Shown: piece by piece, positions 54,779-64,000 of the stretch
Layout of the letters: the number at the start of each line of letters is the position of its first letter
Numbering within the stretch: position 1 is the first letter of the stretch
Assembly (NCBI GenBank): GCA_029953675.1
Contig: JAMWBK010000002.1
Location: forward strand, 186,001 to 250,000
Source of the DNA: Rhodosorus marinus CCMP1338
Lineage: Eukaryota > Plantae > Rhodophyta
Direction: 5' to 3'
Length of the DNA stretch: 64,000 bases
The notes under the pieces: generated by a model
The model's database searches: none
What the model was told of the DNA's origin: nothing
What the model saw: only the letters and a program-made list of their open reading frames with translations
Translations under genes and position numbers: made by a program

Positions 54779-55704
54779 CCGCTCCGCAACAAAAGCAACA
54801 CCGATGACGCCGATCGAATGTGGGGCTGGTAGCCAGTCACACGGCTGCCATGGACCTCGACACTTTTATCGGATACAACCATACTACCTAACCGCTCATT
54901 TCGCTCCGTACGGAAAGGCCGAACCGCTCACTCCCATCGCTTGTACAATAAAAAGCTCTAAGAGAAGAACGGGACTGTAATCTGAAAGCAAGACATGCTG
55001 CTCTACTGGCCCGCTCTCGGATACCAGCAAATATCAAAGAAGAAAAAGCTTATTCCACTGGATCGGATGGTGTAGAAGGCTCTTGGCTAAATCAAAATTG
55101 ACCCGATACCCCGTGGCTTGTTAATACGGGTGCAAGTGCACAAACTTGAGCACCTCATGATCAGATCCATCAAGACCTTAGTCCCTTCACGACCTGCACG
55201 ACCTGGCGTTCACTGTGTTCCAGGCCGTTTCATCAGACCGTTGTGCCTGGGGTTTCGAAGTTGCTTGACGTTTCCCCTGGAAATCACCAACTGACTGATG
55301 GAAATAGGTCTACGGAGATGGCCAACTGCAAGACCAGCTTAGCGGATTTTCCCTGGAGGATGTTGTCGATGAGCCGGGGCGGTGCGGTCCCCCAGACAAA
55401 CAGCACCCACGAGCGTCTCGTCACAGACGCTCAAAAGACGAAAACAGGGCACTTCACGAAAAAAAACGGTGTTTATTCTTTTACGGTATCCCCCTGTGTA
55501 TGGTGTGGTTTACTTCTTAGAAGTGAAGCCAGAGCCCTATTTCATACAATAAGGGGCGACAAAGAGGTACATTCTAGTTCCAATATAGTTCTCTACTGGT
55601 CAGACAGAATCCAAGTATAGAGGACAAGAAATGCGGGTTGGTACCGCAGCAGGAAGTGGGCCACATCGGGATCCTTTTGTTGTATTTCTTGAGTTTCAAT
55701 TGTG

Positions 55705-58038
55705 TCATCCGACTTGACTAACGACTTTCGTTGCCAAATGGCCGATGTTCTTCGTCTTGACCTGCTTGGAGGCCTCCTCCGTGTTCTCTTGCTCAGTCAT
55801 CATAATCACGAATTCGTCGTAGTCGATAACACCGTCCTTGTTCTTGTCGGCTGATGCGACGATTTCACGTGCTTGCGCACCGTCAACACCAATGTCCCTG
55901 AGGGCAATTAGAACCTCTTCAGCGGTAATTGAACCGTCGCCGTCTTTGTCGAACTTCTTGAAGGCGTATCGGAAGTTGTCCACATTGTTCAGCTTTTTCA
56001 GGTCCGTCGTCGCAGTTAAAAACTCGACATAATCGATCGTGCCATTGCCTACAAGAAAATCAGCGCCGCGGGACAAGCTGAGCACTACACCTTCTTGAAC
56101 TGCAGAGACGATGGCATAAGCAGAATAACGTACCATCCAGGTCGAACGTCTCCCACATCTTCTGCACCTCCTCGTCAGCCACATTGTTGCCGAGCCTGTG
56201 CAGGGCTGCCTTCATCTCCTCGATAGTAATGGTACCGGAACCATCAGTATCGACCTCATCAAATGCCTGAAACAGGAAATCAATTTTTCAAACTTCAGGA
56301 CCACGGCTCATTTCAACGCGCTTGCGGAATTTATACCTGTTTCATCTTCTGGATATCCTCCTCCTTCATGTTAGTTGCCATAACTTGCAGTGCGCGCCTC
56401 TTGAACTTGTTCATTTCACTGAAGTTCTTCAGGTTGTCCATAATCGACTGAACAAGTGGCTCGTCAGACGCAATACCGTCAACTTTCATCCACGGATGGG
56501 CTACGTTGTGGAAAGGATAGGGGGAACCAAACCAGCGTCAGAAATGTGTCTCCCAGTGACCCCGTTCAACAGCCGCTGGAACGGCATCCTAGTTTTCCCT
56601 TTTAGCGGCGCACCTAGCATAGTCTCAGCGTCGGGTCTTAACTCCGGGTCCATGGTTAACATGAGCTTAACGCACTCCTTCGCATCATCGGAGATGTATG
56701 GCCAGGGATCCCTATCAAGGTTGTATTTGCCCCGGAGGGTGGCCCTGAGAACGTCTTCATCCGTTTTGCCGTAGAATGGTACCTTCCCAGAAAGAAGGAT
56801 GTACAGTACAACACCTAATCGGAAGAGCGAATTGCGAGACGGGAAAGTCGCCGGACAAGGACGCAGGCTCGCGCTTAGATGTGGGCTCACCCCCTCAAAC
56901 GACACTATGTAACTGTTGGCGAAGGCCAGTACCTGCAGACCATATATCCGCTTTGTGCGTATACTTTCCTCGAATCACCTCAGGGGCGATGTACATCGGG
57001 GTTCCGCAAGGCTCCGATAAAACACCGGGAAGATTAAAGAAAGTTGAAAGTCCGAAATCGGTTGCCTTGAGTGTGGCATCTTCATTGTCCGAGTCAAGGA
57101 GGAAGTTCTCAGGCTTCAAGTCTCTATGGACGACGCCATTCTTATGGCAATAATCCAACATCATCAGCATTTGCCGGCAGAACGTGGCGCAGTCCTGCTC
57201 TGAGTATTTTCCTTTTTTCGAAGAAGCAACAAAGTCCGGATGTCAACCCATCACGAACGACCGAATCAACTTGTCCGTGCTTGTTCCCTTATATGTGAGC
57301 ATGCAATGTCCCACCTTTAGCAATGATCTTCTCGAACAGGTCTCCGCCAGCGCACAACTCGAGTACAATGTACACGCTGTCATCGTCCTCGTACGCACCG
57401 TAGATGGTGACTATATGCTCATTCTGGACGACGGCTTCCATAATCAAGATCTCATTCTTGATGTTTTTGGCTTCCTCCTGAGAAAGGATTTTGCCTGGAT
57501 GACGCGAGAGGATCAACATGAACCGCGGTTAGCTGGATACCCCCAAAAACTTTTAAGCCGAAGGCTCGCGCTCAGCGGATTTCCGGACTCGGCTCACCTT
57601 TGCTGATCTTCTTAATAGCAACCTGTTCTCCGGTACTCTTGTTTGTTCCTAAGAAGCAGATGCCGAAAGACCCCTCCCCGAGTTTCTTGCCAAAGTCATA
57701 GTGATCGAAAATGCTTGCAGTTGGGTTCTCCAAAACCTTTGATCGTAAGCGTAGACAAATCAGCACTTGCAGCACGACTCAAGAGCGGGAGGCACTTCAA
57801 AGCCTTCAATTCTTACCGTCAACTTATATCGACTACCACGAGTAGGTTTAGTGATCGGCTTCGAAGAGGTAGTGGTGGTCGCAGGAGTCGGAGCCTTCTT
57901 CGTCGAAGTCTGCGGAGCCTTAGACTTGGTAGCCGAGCTCGCAGCTCCTTTTGTACCCCGCGTCGGTTTAACAGTCGAAGCCTTCGTCGACTTCTTCTTC
58001 CCTGTTTCACCAGTACCCTTCGAGCCCTTTTGTCCCAT
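55705..58038 (-). CDS. Calcium-dependent protein kinase (CDPK/CPK), 8 exons: 58038-57817, 57736-57598, 57494-57315, 57211-56933, 56814-56614, 56500-56337, 56266-56134, 56048-55705
   Basis: Seven GT-AG introns (70-118 bp) splice in frame. LGEGSFG, VAIK, HRDLKPEN, DFG, GTPMYIAPE; junction LKNFSEMNKFKRRALQVMA; four canonical EF hands. N-terminal MGQKGSK (myristoylation-like). Confidence 0.93.
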
Positions 58039-58697
58039 CCAGAAATCCACGATTACAAACCACCAGCCAAAAAAAAAAATCTGATCAACAGAATCAAAAA
58101 AAAAACCAAAAAAAAGCTCCCCTCCTCCCCTAGAAAACGCTTTCTCGCTCAAAACCAAGGTCAACTAAATATATATAGAGAGAGGATCTAATATGACATT
58201 TCCTTCTCTAAAACCACACACACCTCCTCTTCCTCCTTCCCCCAACCCCTCCCCAAGAGGCAAAGAACAAATCATGCAGCAACCTCTACATATATACATT
58301 CTCTCTGCTCTACACAAACAAGGGGAGTTTCCTATCAACCTGTCTGTATGACAGAATACTCCTAATTGAATATGATTCCGATTCAAATTGATATCTTTCA
58401 ATCCATTATTTTTTCTACATATTTTCATATTATTTCATGCATGAATAGAAGAAGAAAATTGAGTTGCTGAACTTTGAAAAAAAATTAAATATTTACAGGT
58501 ATTGCTCTGTTTTTTTGGTTTATTTACCTTTTTAGGTGTCATATTTATGGAGACATAGAAGGGGGGGTAAGACTTTGAGAGCGAGAATGTTAGAGTGAGA
58601 TGAGTAGGGAGGGAGGGGTACGACGAGGAGGAGGAGGAAGAAAGGAACGGATGGATGCGGGAAGCGAGATTTGGTCTCATTTGGATGGATTTTATGT

Positions 58698-59045
58698 ATG
58701 GAAGGATCGTTGAATGTTGGTGACAAGGCTCGTCTAGTATCAAGAGACTGTGTTATATTCCGATCGGGTCTCCTTGGAGAGTGTGATCCCCGGGGATATG
58801 TCGTTGAGTATTTCAAACACTGTCCGCTTATGGTTGGATATGTAGTCGTGGTCACAACACCCTCGCCCCCTTTCGCTGGCAGGACTGCCAATATTGTCGT
58901 ATATCGTAGCTCATACGAGACGCTCGACATAAGACGTTTGTGGGACTCCTTCTGTACCAAGGATGTCCAACTGCTATCCATTCCGAACTCCACTGCTCCC
59001 ACAATCCAGTCACCATCCACTTTCAACTCTACCCCTCACCTCTGA
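58698..59045 (+). CDS. Possible small hypothetical protein
   Basis: Open frame MEGSLNVGDKARLV.. following a GA-rich stretch like those upstream of other genes here; no recognised motif. Confidence 0.25.
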   Translation: MEGSLNVGDKARLVSRDCVIFRSGLLGECDPRGYVVEYFKHCPLMVGYVVVVTTPSPPFAGRTANIVVYRSSYETLDIRRLWDSFCTKDVQLLSIPNSTAPTIQSPSTFNSTPHL

Positions 59046-59513
59046 TGAAAAATTTGCCAAGGCGTTGCCCAGTAATCTCTACTACCCCTGAGGTTCCTGC
59101 CTTTGACTGTCAAATCCCCATTTTTATTGTACGAAAAACAGAAATAATCTGAAATTTATCTATATATTCAAAATATTTTGTTCTCGGGACTTTTTGGTCA
59201 ATAGATGAAAACGCTGTCATCGAAAGGAAAAGTATCTACAAGGATTTTCTCTACATACAGATTCCTAGATATCATAAACAATATTTTTCTCTCAAATCAA
59301 GTACAAAATACTACTTTTGAGGAAATATAGCATATATTAAAGCCATGTTTCGTTTCGAAACCAATGAATTCAATGATTCCTAATATTTGGAGCACGAGGA
59401 TCTCAAAAGTCGGTGAATTAGAAATGGGGTATTGAATATAGAAAACTTGGACCTTTGATCTAAGTTCCTCCGGCTGAGCGAAAAGTTCAGTTTGGAAAAA
59501 CCCATCATATTAT

Positions 59514-59632
59514 TAGGGTTGTGCCAAGTGGGCTGGACCCAGAAGTGGTTAAACATGATAAAAACAGGGGGGTTTAATGGGGTGGGTGGGTCGTAAACAG
59601 GAAAAAAACCGGACCCTCTTGGCACAACCCTA
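59514..59632. mobile_element. hAT-like MITE, 119 bp
   Basis: Perfect 15-bp TIR TAGGGTTGTGCCAAG / CTTGGCACAACCCTA; flanking atattat on both sides. Confidence 0.85.
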
Positions 59633-60536
59633 ATATTATTGTCGATTGTGGCTTATCATACACGGCATTCGTGAGATCGGATCGATAGATCTGTGTGCAA
59701 GCTTTAACGTTTCAGAGTTGGGGACCCCAGACGGATATATGGCAAGATAGATGTGAGTGGCGTATGTCCAGTGCTACCTTTACTGACACTTGGCCAGAAT
59801 AGCACCATAGCCACCACGGGAGATGAACCCAAATCTGGAGGAGACTGGCAGGTGGCGGGGCGAATTACCCCGCCCTACCAGAATGAACTATCGGGAGCTC
59901 GCTTCCGGAGTTGTTTTCATCGCGCAAGCACTACTCGCGAGCAAGCGAGCTATTCTATCTTTACCAGCGCAGACCACGTTCACTCCTCTCCTGGCTCCGT
60001 GCTAATCCGTTGCTTGCAGCTCCGTCTCATCGTCGTTCCATCATCTTGCGGCTTGTTTTCATAACCAAGCCCATCACCGACCAAAGCGCCATCCCTGCCG
60101 AAGTTCTTCAGAGTGAGTTCCTGACAAGCTGTTCAAACCAAGTATTCTATGACTCCGCTCAACTATTATTAAAAAAGGAATAAGCTTTCCTAGCATTTTA
60201 TACGATATTACAGTCGCTAAACTATATATTATATCGTTATATCATTGTGAAATTATCATTTCATTTGAGAATACATATAATTTTTATATCTTAAACGAAT
60301 AGTCAAGATCATGTACTCTTTATACGATATTTCATAAATAAATACTATTCTATACTTGTAAAATCGTTCCTGGTATCGTTTTTATAGGAACGATGAGTGG
60401 AGATGGAATGAGATCCGATCCAGTCGCTTAGAGGAGGACAGGCTGGTGATGGATAAGGGGAAGCGGAAGGGGGTTTGGTCTGGGATGGTTGGATTATTTT
60501 ATGCTGGTAAGGAGTTGAATTGATGTTGAAGGCAAG

Positions 60537-62006
60537 ATGAGGAAGCTTGTAGGCAATTTGGGATTCATAAATGGAGTTTCGATATGCCAGAAGAGGGATG
60601 TGGCTGGAAGGGGCGGAGCTGTATGTTGTCATCAGAAGGATAGAGCAGCAGAGCGGAGGGATCGAGATGCTCGAATAGCGAAGCTGGCAATTCCGGCGAT
60701 GGGGGCGTTACTGGTTGAGCCAGTGCTTTCGATGGTGGATACGGCGTTTGTGGGACAGATCGGCACGAATCAGCTCGCTGGGGTAGGGATCGCTTCTTTT
60801 ATTCTGAAAGGAACGACAACACTGTTCAGTTTTTTTCTGCCGATCTCTACTGCCATGTTCGCGGGCAAGGCAGATATGGAAAAGCAGAAGAAGCTCCTTC
60901 GAAGCGCTGTTGGGATTGCTTTTGTGATCGGCATATTTGGGGGTTTGGTTCTGTACTTAACGGCTGGCCAGGCGTCGAGTTTAATGGCCGGCATGTCCTC
61001 GGCCGCCAGTGTTCCTTACGCAGTAAGTTATATTGGAATCAGAAGTCTGGCACTTCCGTTTATGGTTGCGACGCTCATCTTCAGCGGAATGCTGCGGGCG
61101 CTTCAGGACACCGTGACCATCTTCAAGGCAGCACTTGCGTCGAACTTGCTCAATGCACTCCTCGACTACGTTATGATTTTCTGGCTCTACTGGGGCGTGT
61201 CTGGAGCAGCTTTGGCAACGACCATAAGCCAAATAGTGCAATCGACTATCCTCGCCACCGTTATCGCCCGCAGAGGCTACTGGAAGCTGACGGACATGAG
61301 ACTAGGAGACGTGCTCAACCTCACTGTCGTACGTGAATTTGTTGGGGGTTCAGTTCTCCTCCTGCGGACGGCCTCTAATGTTTTCACGTTCATGATGGCG
61401 GGAAAGCTGGCCGCTACGATTGGAACAGCTCAAGTTGCTGCCTTTGAGGTGGCCAAGCAAGTTTGGTCGTTCCAAGTCCTGGTAACCGCCTCTTTGCACT
61501 TGACAACGACTAGTGTCATTGGAAAGCTGGTGTCCGAAGGCAATCAGAACGAGGCGCGGAAATTCGGTGACCGTTGCGTGGAATTGGGACTCTATTTGGG
61601 GATCATTCACACGCTTACAGTAGTGGCCTTCGGGCACTGGATCCCCACCGTCTTCACCAGCGATCCACAAGTGATCAGGCTAGGAGCTGAATGCTTGAAA
61701 ATGAGCGCATGGGCACAGCCGGCGACAGCTTGTGCATTCGTCTTGGAGGGGTGTTTTCTCTCCTTGAAAAAGTACAGGATGATGACATTCAACAACATCA
61801 TCGCAGCCGTTATATCTTGGATCCCGCTGGGTCTCGCCTTGTACACCAACTCAACTAACATGTCAATAACTTTTCTAGGCATCAACGTCCTTCTCGTGTC
61901 ACGCTTCGTGATTTACTTCTTTCACTATTTCTCGAGGACAAACCCACTGATCCCCTACGAAGACGAGGTGGATCAGCCTCGGGTGGCACCGGGCGGCGAG
62001 GCTTAG
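60537..62006 (+). CDS. MATE (DinF/DTX-like) transporter, probably with an N-terminal organellar transit peptide
   Basis: IAKLAIPAMGALLVEPVLSMVDTAFVGQIG..LAGVGIA; YIGIRSLALP; GMLRALQDT; GVSGAALATTISQ; ~12 TM segments. Confidence 0.93.
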   Translation: MRKLVGNLGFINGVSICQKRDVAGRGGAVCCHQKDRAAERRDRDARIAKLAIPAMGALLVEPVLSMVDTAFVGQIGTNQLAGVGIASFILKGTTTLFSFFLPISTAMFAGKADMEKQKKLLRSAVGIAFVIGIFGGLVLYLTAGQASSLMAGMSSAASVPYAVSYIGIRSLALPFMVATLIFSGMLRALQDTVTIFKAALASNLLNALLDYVMIFWLYWGVSGAALATTISQIVQSTILATVIARRGYWKLTDMRLGDVLNLTVVREFVGGSVLLLRTASNVFTFMMAGKLAATIGTAQVAAFEVAKQVWSFQVLVTASLHLTTTSVIGKLVSEGNQNEARKFGDRCVELGLYLGIIHTLTVVAFGHWIPTVFTSDPQVIRLGAECLKMSAWAQPATACAFVLEGCFLSLKKYRMMTFNNIIAAVISWIPLGLALYTNSTNMSITFLGINVLLVSRFVIYFFHYFSRTNPLIPYEDEVDQPRVAPGGEA

Positions 62007-62286
62007 TCAAGAAAGCACCTTTCTGCCAACGGCGAACTCGCCATTGTAAAGAGCGGGACTTGTGCGATTGATAGATCAGACTTTACTTTTCTCAAGCATG
62101 TGACAGCGTATGAAGGACATCATAAATAATTTAGTATAGTTACGGTGAGACCAAACAGATTCTTCAATAAGCCGATGCTGCTCCTTGTTGGAAGCGCAAA
62201 ATCAACATGGGCATGGACCTGCCTGGGTTCGCCATTCTCGAGATTTCCAATATCTCGCCCAGGAGTTCGTAGCGTGAAGGCTACTA

Positions 62287-63150
62287 CTACTCATTCTTTT
62301 CCCACCAGTCCAGAACAATCTTGGAAACTATGCCTGGAAACGACGTTTCGGGATAATGTGTCTCTATGCCGGCGATCACCTTCTCGTCCATCAACGGCAT
62401 CGAATTTTTCAAGTACTTCCTGTATGAATTCGGAATCTCTGGATCGCGTTCGGCCCAGACAATGAGGCCGTTCGCCTTGCTGAAGTATTTTGTTAGGTTT
62501 CTTCGCCATTTCATTAGTAGCGGTGTAGGTGAAAGAAAAATGTAGTTAAAATTCTGCTTGTTTAGGTGCTCAGGGTAGTTCCTTAGGAAAATCATCAGCG
62601 CTTCTACACCCCATCCTCGGGCGACGAAAACGATCTTCGTGTCCTCGTTGTCAAGCAACTTCATATCATCCAGAAGGAACTGTATCGCATCGCCACTAAC
62701 GCTTGCCGGAATACTCTGGAGAAGACGATTGTTTTCACTCTCCCCAAATCCTGGCGCGTCTACTAGGCAAAAATTACCAATCTTCGACAACATTCCCATA
62801 TTCGGTGACCAGTGCCCGGCGTTTTGGGTTTCTTTGTCCGATCCATGCAGGGCAATGACCTGAGTCTTAGTCTTGTTGCTTTTGGACAGCATCACATGAA
62901 GCTTGCCATACCCCCACTCCATAATCTTCGAGTCCAGCTTTCCCACGTACACCGGAACATCAAGATCCTCAACCACGACTTGTCGAGGTTTCAATACGCC
63001 GCTGAAGAAAAGACCGCCAAAACCCACAAGCACGACGATCAATAAACATACCAACCACCCCCTCTTGTTCCATCCCCTGGAACCAGCCACCGAGCTTCCA
63101 TGTCCATCGTCTACATTCGAATATTCCCCACGCAACATCTTTAAAGCCAT
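62287..63150 (-). CDS. Type II membrane-anchored alpha/beta-hydrolase-fold protein, paralog of 53927
   Basis: ATG at 63150; TM; ALHG, DAPGFGES, FVARGWG, IVWAERDPEIP, THYPET. Confidence 0.85.
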   Translation of the reverse strand: MALKMLRGEYSNVDDGHGSSVAGSRGWNKRGWLVCLLIVVLVGFGGLFFSGVLKPRQVVVEDLDVPVYVGKLDSKIMEWGYGKLHVMLSKSNKTKTQVIALHGSDKETQNAGHWSPNMGMLSKIGNFCLVDAPGFGESENNRLLQSIPASVSGDAIQFLLDDMKLLDNEDTKIVFVARGWGVEALMIFLRNYPEHLNKQNFNYIFLSPTPLLMKWRRNLTKYFSKANGLIVWAERDPEIPNSYRKYLKNSMPLMDEKVIAGIETHYPETSFPGIVSKIVLDWWEKNE

Positions 63151-64000
63151 AACTAAACCACTTGATTCTTCAAACACACCTCATCCTTCCCCCGAGACCG
63201 CCTCGAACTCTTCCAAAACTCCTCAATCCTGTCAAATCCAATCCACCGATCCTTCTAACCTCATCAACCTCTCAGATTCTCCCTTCGTCAAAATCTCATC
63301 AATCATAACAACCTCCCTCTCAAACCCATTTTCCCCCCGCGCCCAAAGAAAACCTCATACTATGCTAGTCTGATCCTCTCTAAACCTCTTAAATCCTCCC
63401 AGAATCCACAAAAATCTCCATGGTCAAAATTTCACCTCTTCTTCCTCCCAACCCTTCTCCCTCTCCTCCTTCCTTCCTCTCGCCCCCTCCGCCCCAAGTT
63501 CAAACCCTTCCCACGGACCACATAATATATGCAAACCAAACGCGCGTTCCACATCCAACGGATTTTCATTAACTTTCAAAAACTTTACTTGGCCAAAAGT
63601 AAGGGACTGACACGTGGCCGATGATACAAAATGGAACATCGGACGAGAAAGAGTAGGTTTCTGTTATTTTTATATATTTCGTGGATATGTGTCTCTTGTT
63701 AGTAATAAGTACTAAGATACTAAGCACGATTGTTTGTGTCTACCCGCGTGAGGTTTGGATAGAGCGGACAGTCACTGAGATGTGATCGTGGCTTCTTTGA
63801 GCCCCCAGGAATAGCACTAGTAGATTTTTTGCGCTTTCATATGCCTATGGTAAACCCCCTGGTGAGGGCTATTGGATGTACCCCGTCGCGACAGGGCGAC
63901 TCGCTGTTTGGAGGTTTAAAGGCTTCGTTCGCGTACTGTTCAATCTGTTCTTGGAGCTCGCGTTGCGTTTGCATATTCACGATCTCCCTGGCACAGTTGG

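Noticed and set aside
55100-55400. Copia protease relic (PWLVNTGASAQ)
   Set aside because: A single degenerate motif followed by a stop; too little to annotate.

Overview
Eukaryotic nuclear DNA, almost certainly from a red alga: it carries an intron-containing phycobilisome linker gene with an MAFV-type plastid transit peptide, and GT-AG introns of 70-120 bp. The first ~38 kb is a repeat-rich block. It holds three genes of an unrecognised secreted family built from a ~165-aa, 12-Cys domain plus Pro/Thr or Glu/Thr/Ala rods (one gene also has two vWA domains). These sit among many fragments of at least four CRE-clade (RT + restriction-like endonuclease) non-LTR retrotransposon families and among Ty3/gypsy-like and Copia relics. 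The right part holds ordinary genes: an orphan membrane protein, a DHHC palmitoyltransferase, an 8-exon CDPK, a MATE transporter and two paralogous alpha/beta-hydrolase-fold proteins whose nucleophile position is Gly. The most striking observation is at 31032-34133. A perfect 11-bp direct repeat brackets a single insertion made of a complete tRNA-Cys precursor (4-nt leader, no CCA, oligo-T trailer) joined with no gap to a 5'-truncated but ORF-intact CRE element. It looks like a pre-tRNA/LINE template-switch chimera. Boundaries of degenerate fragments are approximate, and all family assignments are by motif recognition only; no database search was run.
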